From a virus (Duplodnaviria > Caudoviricetes), in the IMG/VR virus record IMGVR_UViG_3300037067_021941, positions 29,135-93,134 of that record: DNA of 64,000 bases; one strand, given 5' to 3'. Below are positions 32,594-41,074 of this stretch, one piece after another. A program made the position numbers and the translations under genes. Each line of letters starts with the position of its first letter. Position 1 is the stretch's first letter. The notes below the pieces were generated by a model that made no database searches, had not been told where the DNA came from, and saw only the letters and a list, made by a program, of their open reading frames with translations.

Positions 32594-33045
32594 TAGTGTA
32601 ATTGTATTACTACAATCGTGCACCGAATTACAGAGACCAACTTTTCCGTTTAACCACCCTATAGTCACCTAATAGTGAAATACAAGGAATTTTCGACCCT
32701 TGAGTTTTATACCCATGTGTAATGCGATTATACGACGACCGCAGGTTAGTATTCTGCCCGCAAGAGCGGTCGGCCTGAGTTGCACAGGCATACATGGTTG
32801 GTTTTGGTCGAGGACTCGATTTGGTCTCCGGTGCGATGTTAAACTTGTAGCGGTAATCTGAACCTTAGTGGACTGGGACCTGCCTCTAGCCGCTGGGCTA
32901 CCCCCGCGTGTTTTGATTAAGTGCGGGGACCAGGATTCGAACCTGGGCTGTGGGTTTTAGTCCGTCAAGTTGAATTTGAGATTGAGACTACGCTACTTTA
33001 ATAACCCATGACCAATCAGGTCAGGGTGTATCGTTGACCTGTATT
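32555..33045 (-). ncRNA. Large structured ncRNA with two circularly permuted tRNA-like modules (YrlA/Y-RNA-like)
   Basis: Module 1 at 32870-32963 and module 2 at 32713-32797, each T-arm then closed acceptor stem then D-arm. Enclosing long-range stems 32839-32865/32979-33001 and 32615-32640/32821-32837. Confidence 0.7.
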
Positions 33046-33795
33046 TCACAGTTGGTGATTGCAGGTATCGAAAACGTAGCCAAGGAAATTCTTGGCTACT
33101 GAAATGTCTTTCACTTCAACGCTGTTCGCTTCGCCCCTCGCAGTTCGAACTGCCTCTTGTAGCTTGACGATGCGAGCAAGCATTGCGCGGCGGTCGGTGT
33201 CGGGAACACCACCAGAGTACTTGATCGTCGACCAATAACCAACCGGGACGTCTTCCATCCAAGTCTCGACTTGAGCGGGGTGCTTGTCGGTGGCGTCGTA
33301 CTTCACGTTGTTGCGCGGCACCTTCTTGGTCCGAATCGATTCGGACGCTTCGGTGGTGTAGTCGCCGCTGTCGCCGTTCTTCGACCACTTCTCAGCCGGA
33401 TCGAGAACCGGGAACTTCGCGACGAAGGTGTGCAAGTCGGTGAGTTGCTTTTCGAGGAACAACAAGTGGGTCGCCGGGACCTGGCTGATAATGGTCTTGC
33501 CATCAACAATCACGTCGGCGAAAGCCGTTGTGTTCGCGATGTCCTGGGTGGCGACGATATCGATAACGTCGGTCAGAATGGTTCTGGCCCGTTCGATCGA
33601 TTCCGAAACGCGGATCTGAACCAGCTTCGCCTCCGAAGGTAGCTTCTCGCCTTCGTCGTTGATTGGCCGGTAATTCCGTGCGATGCCGTTGAGCAGGTCG
33701 GTCTTCTGATGTAATTTGTGCAGTTCGGTTAAACCCGACACTGCTCGCGCCTTCTTGCCATCAGCAAGCGCGATAATTTGATGTAGTTTGGCCAT
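33046..33795 (-). CDS. Conserved uncharacterised helical protein (MAKLHQIIA...), GC-rich
   Basis: GGAG RBS before ATG 33795. Motifs VPATHLLFLEKQL, FPVLDPAEKW, ATDKHPAQV and VGYW recall a widespread bacterial/phage family (from memory, not searched). Confidence 0.85.
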   Translation of the reverse strand: MAKLHQIIALADGKKARAVSGLTELHKLHQKTDLLNGIARNYRPINDEGEKLPSEAKLVQIRVSESIERARTILTDVIDIVATQDIANTTAFADVIVDGKTIISQVPATHLLFLEKQLTDLHTFVAKFPVLDPAEKWSKNGDSGDYTTEASESIRTKKVPRNNVKYDATDKHPAQVETWMEDVPVGYWSTIKYSGGVPDTDRRAMLARIVKLQEAVRTARGEANSVEVKDISVAKNFLGYVFDTCNHQL

Positions 33796-33854
33796 TTGGC
33801 TATCTCCATAGTTTGAAACTGAAAAGTGTGTTTTAGCACGACAAACGTAGTTCA

Positions 33855-34151
33855 TTAACTTCGGCGATAAGATACCGAAGGAGCATCCGCATTCGGGCCA
33901 CCAGGACCCTCTTTGATGTGGTCCTTTGTTGTGTGGTCTGTCTCTGGTTCTGCAATACCTGGGCCGACGACCTCAAGTTGGATGGTATCAATCCAACAAC
34001 CATCAACAAGTTTTCCGTCTTTATCAACAGGTGGTTTCACAAGCCATTGTACACAGCCGTTAATATATTCCGTTCTGCCGGTAACAATTCCACGTAGCCC
34101 GGTAACGCGGTCTCTGACTTCGACACGCATCCTGACAGATTCAGTAGCCAT
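33855..34151 (-). CDS. Hypothetical phage protein (SH3-like)
   Basis: RDRVTGLRGIVTGRTEYINGCVQWLVKPP. Confidence 0.65.
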   Translation of the reverse strand: MATESVRMRVEVRDRVTGLRGIVTGRTEYINGCVQWLVKPPVDKDGKLVDGCWIDTIQLEVVGPGIAEPETDHTTKDHIKEGPGGPNADAPSVSYRRS

Positions 34152-34238
34152 GATTTTCCTTCGTAATTCTTCGGAAATTGTGTGCGAACGATTGTAATAA
34201 AAAGACGCTGGTGGTAGCCGGAGCTTCATAACAAATCT

Positions 34239-34260
34239 TTACCACCCAATTGGGTGGTAA
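34239..34260. promoter_or_regulatory. Perfect 22-bp palindrome (terminator or operator)
   Basis: TTACCACCCAATTGGGTGGTAA, just downstream of the CAP gene. Confidence 0.45.
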
Positions 34261-34276
34261 GTGAACGAGCAATTAT

Positions 34277-34753
34277 TTACTCGAATTGTTGGCACCAGAA
34301 TGGAGACCCACTTGGAGAGGCATATCCAGTAAACCCGGCTTTAGTATAGCTTGAATTTAGAATATTTGCTCGATGTCCAGGGCTGCTCATCCATGCCGCT
34401 ACGACATCATCAACATCGGCTTGACCCATTGCAATATTCTCACAGCGATTTGCACAATGAATCATTGAATGGTTATTGGCCATCCACCCACAATGTTGCC
34501 TCGCATTGTGAAGTACCGTAATATCGAGAATTAAAGCTCTAAGGCCATATTTCTCTCTGATGGCATTGATGGTGTTGAGCAGCTTATTCTCGTGCTCATA
34601 TACTGGGGACTTATCGATTGGTGCATTTGATGAGGCGGTAGTACTGCCACTGCCTGAGTTATTATGATGGAAAAGGTGACGACCACGAGCAAACGCTGCG
34701 TCAGTTGATAATGATACAATCACACACATACACATAATCCACTTCATAATCAA
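34277..34753 (-). CDS. Secreted CAP-domain protein
   Basis: Signal peptide ending AFA; INAIREKYGL, ENIAMGQ, WMSSPGHRANIL, FWCQQF. Confidence 0.88.
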   Translation of the reverse strand: MIMKWIMCMCVIVSLSTDAAFARGRHLFHHNNSGSGSTTASSNAPIDKSPVYEHENKLLNTINAIREKYGLRALILDITVLHNARQHCGWMANNHSMIHCANRCENIAMGQADVDDVVAAWMSSPGHRANILNSSYTKAGFTGYASPSGSPFWCQQFE

Positions 34754-34780
34754 CTCCTTTTTGATGGGAAAACGACTGGC

Positions 34781-35239
34781 TTAAATATCGGTGACTCGTT
34801 GATATTGTGGTTCTACCGGATTATCAGTAGAACCGAATCCCTTACTACCACGCTCGGTCTCATCGAGGGTGTTTACTTCAACGATTGACACTTCTGGAAC
34901 TGGTAACACTAGCCCCTGGATTATCTTGTCGCTCGGTTGTATAAACTGAGTATCATCACTCAGGTTGACAAGACAAACCAATATTTCTCCACGGTACGTA
35001 CAATCTATCACACCGGCAAGCCGGTGAATATTTCTCTTTGCACCCATTCCAGATCTATCAAATAAAACAACACAATACCCCTCATCAATCGCTGCTGCCA
35101 ATCCGGTGTGAAAAACATAACTTTCGCCTGGTGCAAGTTGAGCATAATCAACTGTTGTTATATCAATACCAGCCTCTAATGCCCCAGCCTTCACAGGAAT
35201 CTTGGCGTCTGGTCGCAGCTTTTGGAATTTAATTTGCAT
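34781..35239 (-). CDS. dut: Trimeric dUTPase
   Basis: AGID, DRSG, GVIDCTYRGEI, IIQG, RGSKGFGST. Confidence 0.95.
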   Translation of the reverse strand: MQIKFQKLRPDAKIPVKAGALEAGIDITTVDYAQLAPGESYVFHTGLAAAIDEGYCVVLFDRSGMGAKRNIHRLAGVIDCTYRGEILVCLVNLSDDTQFIQPSDKIIQGLVLPVPEVSIVEVNTLDETERGSKGFGSTDNPVEPQYQRVTDI

Positions 35240-35279
35240 AACTTATCAAATACATCTACAGTTAAGGTATTATAAAATC

Positions 35280-35462
35280 ATGACCACAAAACACTGTGAA
35301 GATTGCGGTGAAATAATCCCGGTTGAGCGTCTTGAAGTTCTGCCAAACACTAAATACTGCGTTAAGTGCTCTATCTCACATCCTCTACCTGATCCTGATC
35401 CTAATATTTTATGTGCTAGAGCAAGCTTGTCGTCTCAGAACGGGTTTAGTCCTAAGGATTGA
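35280..35462 (+). CDS. TraR/DksA C4-type zinc-finger protein
   Basis: CEDCGEIIPVERLEVLPNTKYCVKC. Confidence 0.8.
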   Translation: MTTKHCEDCGEIIPVERLEVLPNTKYCVKCSISHPLPDPDPNILCARASLSSQNGFSPKD

Positions 35463-35506
35463 CAAATCATTCTCTATTAAATATATAATAACCACACTAT
35501 ATAGGG

Positions 35507-36637
35507 ATGATGATGGATATTAATAGAGAGCTTGATACGATTTTCGAAGACGGCAGATTTAATCGAATCAGAAGTCTGTTCAAGAAGAAAAAAGAATCTA
35601 CCGGACCTCAATCTAAACCGGAGGCTGAAAAGGGTTTCTTCGGTGCTTCTGATCGCCGCAGTTTCTTAAAGAAAACAGGTAAAGCTGCTACTGGCGCGAT
35701 ATTGCCACTTCAGCACCTCGGCCTTAATCCGGTCACTATCAAGGCGGTTACAGATACGTTATCAGGGCATATATCTAACCGCCCGATTACAGCTGAAATT
35801 AAAAAGCGATGGTCGCCACGACCGACCGGTGTCCCTATGATAGACAACGGTTTGTTAAACCTGCAAAATATGTGGCATCAAATTACTAGATTAACAGATA
35901 ATCCTATTGAGATGCTATGTGGATATGGCTTCAGAAGTAAAATCTCGCCAAATCTTGTCGCCTCTATTGTTCAACAAATAGCAAAGGGTAGCGGCAATAA
36001 AATAAAAATCGGTAATGAGCAATTCACAATCAGCGATAATCTCAAACTAAGCCAAGGCAATGTTGTAGGAAGCATTGCTAATGAGATTAACGCAATCAAA
36101 TTATCGTGGTCAGAAGAAGGAAAAGAAAATGATAGAGAACATTATAATCATATATTAAGATATTATGAAAATCGCCTCGCAAAAGCAGAAGAATTATCTA
36201 AAACAGCAAAATATGATTTCTATCTTAATTCTGAAGGTGGTACCAGGATACATATAACCGATCTGCCTGCGGAATTAAGTTGTGATGTTGGAGGTTCCGA
36301 TTTAACACAATGTGGTAAAGACTTCTCAAAAGCTGTGTTGGCATGGTGGGATAGAAGTAATACTCCTTTTACTATTAGTAAAAGAGCCGCTGAATATCTT
36401 GATAAGATGGGTGCAAAGCCAAAGCAATTTAATACTTGGGAAGAATATGCAGAAGCGGCACGCAAGTCTGAAAAAGATATGATGTCACGGCAAAAAGAGT
36501 TTTCTGGTTCTGATGAGGAACCAGAGGAAGTGAGACACTCTCCAGACTCTATGGAGACGATGAGAGGGACTAGTTTGCAATATCCTTATGATGAAAGCTT
36601 CGATAGGAAACTCAACAAAGTTTTATTCAATGAGTAG
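35507..36637 (+). CDS. Hypothetical protein with an internal twin-arginine-like motif
   Basis: 376 aa; DRRSFLKK at about residue 50. Confidence 0.7.
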   Translation: MMMDINRELDTIFEDGRFNRIRSLFKKKKESTGPQSKPEAEKGFFGASDRRSFLKKTGKAATGAILPLQHLGLNPVTIKAVTDTLSGHISNRPITAEIKKRWSPRPTGVPMIDNGLLNLQNMWHQITRLTDNPIEMLCGYGFRSKISPNLVASIVQQIAKGSGNKIKIGNEQFTISDNLKLSQGNVVGSIANEINAIKLSWSEEGKENDREHYNHILRYYENRLAKAEELSKTAKYDFYLNSEGGTRIHITDLPAELSCDVGGSDLTQCGKDFSKAVLAWWDRSNTPFTISKRAAEYLDKMGAKPKQFNTWEEYAEAARKSEKDMMSRQKEFSGSDEEPEEVRHSPDSMETMRGTSLQYPYDESFDRKLNKVLFNE

Positions 36638-36712
36638 ATAGCGACAAATATTGAACTTCACAAAAGAGCGATCTGAATTAAAGTTCAATAAGTAGATAGA
36701 CGTATTAAAATA

Positions 36713-36847
36713 ACACTCGAACCCAGTGATTTGATCGGGAAACCGGATAATCACGACAAAAACACTCGACACACTCGACACACTCGACACACTCGAACCC
36801 AGTGATTTGATCGGGAAACCGGATAATCACGACAAAAACACTCGACA
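36713..36847 (+). repeat. Two 59-bp direct repeats separated by tandem ACACTCGAC 9-mers
   Basis: acactcgaacccagtgatttgatcgggaaaccggataatcacgacaaaaacactcgaca at 36713-36771 and 36789-36847. Confidence 0.9.
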
Positions 36848-36850
36848 TTT

Positions 36851-36964
36851 CTCACATTAGACCGCAGTCACACTTCGGTGTGATAGGTTAGCCGAGCTCA
36901 TTTCACATTGCTGCCGCAGTCACCTTCCCAGTGACCTAATCGACACTGGGAAGGTGATAGGTAG
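36851..36964 (+). repeat. Two copies of the hairpin motif TCACATT..CCGCAGTCAC-[stem-loop]-GTGATAGGT
   Basis: Copy 1 has a cUUCGg loop. Copy 2 has a longer stem, CACCTTCCCAGTG/CACTGGGAAGGTG. Confidence 0.75.
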
Positions 36965-37023
36965 ATCCTTTCGTGGTGTCCAGCGTGTTCTCCGTCATCA
37001 AGATTGGTTCATTGAGTGTGTGT

Positions 37024-37338
37024 CTACATAATGGCATTGGTTATGTTGCGTCGGTGCTTTTCCACTAAAAAGAACCGAGATGATGAAAACCGGTTTAAAA
37101 ACTCACCGGTAATTGTAACATCAATACGGAAGGCAGTAGTGCCTTCTACAGGGTGATGTGAATTGATGAACTGAAACAGCAGACTTTGGTTTAATTTCCA
37201 AAGTTGTCCAGGCAACGAGCAAGTAGTTGATCTTGCAATCCCGGCTGCGTCCTTGGTCCAAACGTGATAGTTTGAATTGCTGGTATAAAGTTCATTGAAC
37301 AATTTGCAAATTTCAAATTTTATGTAGACTCCGGCCAT
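37024..37338 (-). CDS. Hypothetical protein
   Basis: AAGGAG upstream of ATG. Confidence 0.45.
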   Translation of the reverse strand: MAGVYIKFEICKLFNELYTSNSNYHVWTKDAAGIARSTTCSLPGQLWKLNQSLLFQFINSHHPVEGTTAFRIDVTITGEFLNRFSSSRFFLVEKHRRNITNAIM

Positions 37339-37473
37339 TTACGCTTTTCTCCTTGCTATCACAGGGGAAGCCGGGTTCGTATTCAATTTAATATCATGAA
37401 GGAAAGAATAATTAAGAAAAAGGATTTTAAAACACCCAAGAGTAGATAATGAAAAGAACCAAACATAATAAAA

Positions 37474-38460
37474 ATGATGAAAATAGCAAAAGTAGTAGAT
37501 CAATATGGGTGGGCCTATTACTTTCTCGACAAAGAACAGCAGAGATATTCAAAACACGAAATAGTAATATTTAGGCATAATGAAGTTAATTTGGATGGGC
37601 TTGATGCAGTTTATATTCATGGCCCAGACATTTCACCAGAAGCATTAGAATTATGTCTAAAAGCTAAAGAAAAGAATATAAAAGTCATCGGTGGACATGC
37701 TGGTCCTGTTGCAAATCTGCAACCATACCCATATCTTGATTTAGCAGTTGGAATTTCACCTCAGACATTCCAATTCTGTAAAGAACATTATTCATGTCCA
37801 GCTATCTTCTTGCCAGAAGGTATAGATACTGAATTTTTCAAGCCACTAAGGAGGACAAACCAAGTTTCGACTATGATTGGGAGATGGAAATATCGTAATG
37901 AGCATCTCCCAATTCCTTCACTATCGAAAAAGGGTGGCAGATATGTTCAAAATATGATTGTTGGTTGGGCTGGGCGAAGAGATGATGTTAAAAGAATGCA
38001 TCTACTCGATCAACTAGATTTCAAAATAGAGATACAATCACAACATAGCAAGCAATTTTTTGTAGAACGAACTCTCGATCACATGCTGCGGTTTTATAAC
38101 GCTATCGATGTTCTTGTTATGACAAGCCTAAGCGAATGTATGCCCAGGGTCGTACTAGAGGCATGTGCTTGTGGAATTCCTGTTGTATGCACTGATGTTG
38201 GTTCAATCAGGATGATATTGGATAATGATTGGATTGTTCCAGTCAATCCAGAAAATGTAGTTGTAAATGAAATGAATAAACGACTACATACGTTAGAAAC
38301 TCTAGCGTTTAGGAAGAAAGTTGGATCAGAAAATAGGCAAAGAATTGAAAAAATGTTAAGTTGGAAAGTTATATCGCCGTATTGGGATACAGCTTTTAAT
38401 GCAGCTATTGAGGGTAATATTGGTGTTATTGATGCCATAAATCGACATTTTGGGAGATAG
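37474..38460 (+). CDS. GT4 glycosyltransferase
   Basis: PEGIDTEFF, GWAGR, ECMPRVVLEACACGIPVVCTDVG. Confidence 0.9.
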   Translation: MMKIAKVVDQYGWAYYFLDKEQQRYSKHEIVIFRHNEVNLDGLDAVYIHGPDISPEALELCLKAKEKNIKVIGGHAGPVANLQPYPYLDLAVGISPQTFQFCKEHYSCPAIFLPEGIDTEFFKPLRRTNQVSTMIGRWKYRNEHLPIPSLSKKGGRYVQNMIVGWAGRRDDVKRMHLLDQLDFKIEIQSQHSKQFFVERTLDHMLRFYNAIDVLVMTSLSECMPRVVLEACACGIPVVCTDVGSIRMILDNDWIVPVNPENVVVNEMNKRLHTLETLAFRKKVGSENRQRIEKMLSWKVISPYWDTAFNAAIEGNIGVIDAINRHFGR

Positions 38461-38462
38461 TA

Positions 38463-40094
38463 ATGGATATATCGAATTTAGTGACAGCATTCGTTATAAG
38501 TTCTGGTTCAAACCCAAATTATAAATCGTGTTTAGAAGCTCTAAATAATCAAACGGCCAAAGTCACTATCGATATAATTAAAGACTATAGCCCAATGTCG
38601 GTAGCTTTTCAACAAATGCTCGTCAGATGTAAAACACCATATTATATTGAAGTCGATGAAGATATGGTGTTAAATCCTGATGCAATAGAGATAATGTATA
38701 ATACAATTATTGAAACAGATGCAAAGTGTTCAATGGTCGCATTTCAGTTACTTGATGTCCATATCGATTTTATAATCTATGGAATCAAGATATACAAATA
38801 TGATATTTTCAAAAACTACCCATATAATCTCGAAAACATGTCGTGTGAAGTAGAACAGCTCGAAAGAATGAAAGCTGATGGCTATACCTATAAACTGGCG
38901 CTTCAAGTCGTCGGTAAACACTCGCCGTTATGGAATAAAGAACTTATTTTTGAAAGATACTTGAACTTGATGGAGAAGTTCAAGGAGTTTGGATATGTTT
39001 GGTTAGAAGATCTTCCGAGAAAATTATTTACAATTTTCAAGAAAGATCCATCCGAATTAAACTTATTTGCTCTCCTTGGTGCATACACAAGTGTTGCAAG
39101 TACAGAAAAACTACAATTGGGCGAAAAGAATTTCACAAAGAAGCGACAGCAATTTCACGCAATGCAAAGTTTTATAGAACAACCAACATCTGCTACACTA
39201 TATATTACTAACAAATGTAATCTCAAATGTGATTTCTGTTGGAGACAACATAAGGACTTAGAAGACTTTCCGGATATGACTACTGGTGTTGTGGACGATT
39301 TATTATTTAGATTCCCATCTATCCAATCATTGTGTGTCTGCGGTTTTGGAGAACCTTTTCTATGTGAAAACTTAACAGCGATAATGCAATATATTAAGAA
39401 GCCAGTATCACAATGGCACTCTTATAATAAGAATCTTTACGCTGGCCTTATTACAAACGGAACATTAGTAACTGAAAAATTACCACAATTGCGTGATAAA
39501 GGCTGTTTACCTGATTATTTATCAGTCAGCTTAAACGCATCGAATGCAACAGAATTCAAACAAATAACTGGTCATGATTTATTCGCACAGGTGCTGTCTG
39601 GTGTGAAAACAAGCGTCGATACAGGAATACCAACATATTTATCTCGCGTCTGCGATAAACAGAATCTAAATGGTGTTCGAGAGTTTTTGCGATTAGCTAA
39701 ATCTCTTGGCGTTAAGGGTGTTCATCTCCATAATTTATTACCACATTTTGATGATGACAAAAATACGAAATTCTGGGATATGGTTCTTACTAAAGATGAT
39801 CATTTTCTTATAGAAGAAATTGCAAACCTGCCAGAAGCAGACATCATAGAAACATACCCCGTCTTAATCGCCAAAGACGAAGTCATGAAAAAATGTCAAT
39901 TCCCATGGAAGACTATTGGTATAAATGGGAATAGATCAATAACGATTTGCAACAGTGTCGCACCACCACGGAAAGAAAATGGATTGATTACAGATAGTAT
40001 AGTATGGCATAATGCATACTGCAATCAATTCAGAGAAGTAAAAATTAACGAACAATGTGAAGCCTGCAAGAAATGCTTCCGGAACTGGCAATGA
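38463..40094 (+). CDS. GT-A-like domain fused to a radical SAM/SPASM domain
   Basis: YYIEVDEDM; CNLKCDFC, GFGEPF, ITNG; C-terminal CQFPW...CN...CEACKKC. Confidence 0.8.
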   Translation: MDISNLVTAFVISSGSNPNYKSCLEALNNQTAKVTIDIIKDYSPMSVAFQQMLVRCKTPYYIEVDEDMVLNPDAIEIMYNTIIETDAKCSMVAFQLLDVHIDFIIYGIKIYKYDIFKNYPYNLENMSCEVEQLERMKADGYTYKLALQVVGKHSPLWNKELIFERYLNLMEKFKEFGYVWLEDLPRKLFTIFKKDPSELNLFALLGAYTSVASTEKLQLGEKNFTKKRQQFHAMQSFIEQPTSATLYITNKCNLKCDFCWRQHKDLEDFPDMTTGVVDDLLFRFPSIQSLCVCGFGEPFLCENLTAIMQYIKKPVSQWHSYNKNLYAGLITNGTLVTEKLPQLRDKGCLPDYLSVSLNASNATEFKQITGHDLFAQVLSGVKTSVDTGIPTYLSRVCDKQNLNGVREFLRLAKSLGVKGVHLHNLLPHFDDDKNTKFWDMVLTKDDHFLIEEIANLPEADIIETYPVLIAKDEVMKKCQFPWKTIGINGNRSITICNSVAPPRKENGLITDSIVWHNAYCNQFREVKINEQCEACKKCFRNWQ

Positions 40095-40097
40095 AGA

Positions 40098-40751
40098 ATG
40101 GCAAAGAAATTTCCACCATTGATAATCGTCGATGATAAACAGAAATGGGCTCACGTTTCGATACCGAAATGTGCATGTAGCTCCATCCGTCGTGCTTTAG
40201 AGAAGCACTTTAAATTGGAACCGGTCGAAAAGTACGAAATGGTGCATAACCGCACATGGCCCCACGTGGAATCGATGAAATGGATAGCAAGCCTTGATGA
40301 TAGTTGGTATACTTGGGCTATCGTTCGCAACCCTTTTGATAGGCTTGTATCAGTCTGGCAAGAAAAATGCTGCGTGTCGGAAGCAAAACCGTGTCTCGGG
40401 CCTCAACTTAAGCGGTTGGTCGGTAAGTCTTTTGACGTGTTTTGCCGCAATATATGCGACCTCGTGCAAAGTCCGCCAGAAGATGAAATATTAGATACTC
40501 ACATTACTCCCATGTCGCATTTCCTATTATATAACGGGGAATGCGTAGCGAAAGTCATACGAGAGATGTATGAGGCAGACTCTTTCTGGCTCGAATTGCA
40601 AAAACGGTACAGGTTTCCTGACTTAGAACATTTGAATATTAGTATACATAAACCATCAGGTTGTTATTATACACCAGAATTACGACGCCTTGTGGAAGAA
40701 GCATATCGTAATGATTTACAATTATGGTGGAGCAGTACAAAATCGTCATGA
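40098..40751 (+). CDS. Carbohydrate sulfotransferase (Sulfotransfer_2-like)
   Basis: 5'-PSB IPKCACSS; 3'-PB VRNPFDRLVS; YRNDL. Confidence 0.85.
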   Translation: MAKKFPPLIIVDDKQKWAHVSIPKCACSSIRRALEKHFKLEPVEKYEMVHNRTWPHVESMKWIASLDDSWYTWAIVRNPFDRLVSVWQEKCCVSEAKPCLGPQLKRLVGKSFDVFCRNICDLVQSPPEDEILDTHITPMSHFLLYNGECVAKVIREMYEADSFWLELQKRYRFPDLEHLNISIHKPSGCYYTPELRRLVEEAYRNDLQLWWSSTKSS

Positions 40752-40768
40752 TTAGTCAGGATTAGAAA

Positions 40769-41059
40769 ATGAAAACAATGCACAAAATTACGTCAGAGGA
40801 ATTATTAGACCACATGGCGTGGTCTGGCTTGTGGACGGATCACCCAGAGTTTGATAGCAAATTGCGGATTTCAATTTCTAAACGGCAAGGTGTTAGTGCT
40901 TATAAAAATAAATTATTAAAATCTGATAACCCCTGCGAAAGTAACTCTGAAGAATTTAAAGATTGGAATTCTGGGTGGGATACGTGCAATCATATGGAAG
41001 AAAGTTGGAAAACATTTTTTGATAAAGAGTTAAAAGATGATTTACACGACATATTGTAA
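40769..41059 (+). CDS. Hypothetical protein
   Basis: NPC...DWNSGW motif; co-oriented. Confidence 0.5.
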   Translation: MKTMHKITSEELLDHMAWSGLWTDHPEFDSKLRISISKRQGVSAYKNKLLKSDNPCESNSEEFKDWNSGWDTCNHMEESWKTFFDKELKDDLHDIL

Positions 41060-41074
41060 ACCGCCAGTGAAAAC

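Noticed and set aside
32552-32668. N-terminal extension of the ABC ATPase given in the ORF track
   Set aside because: It runs through the terminator hairpin and RNA stems. MIKSIKF at 32551 is the typical start for this family.
32870-32963. Canonical tRNA gene or two-piece tmRNA
   Set aside because: The halves are in permuted order with no anticodon loop or CCA. The acceptor stem lacks the G3-U70 alanine determinant and has a full D-stem, unlike tmRNA. No tag ORF was recognised.
36713-36847. CRISPR array
   Set aside because: Only two long repeats, separated by tandem 9-mers rather than unique spacers, and no cas genes in the window.
36713-36964. CsrA-sponge sRNA or known self-cleaving ribozyme
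   Set aside because: The GGA motifs are not in ANGGA loop context, and no hammerhead, twister or pistol core was recognised.
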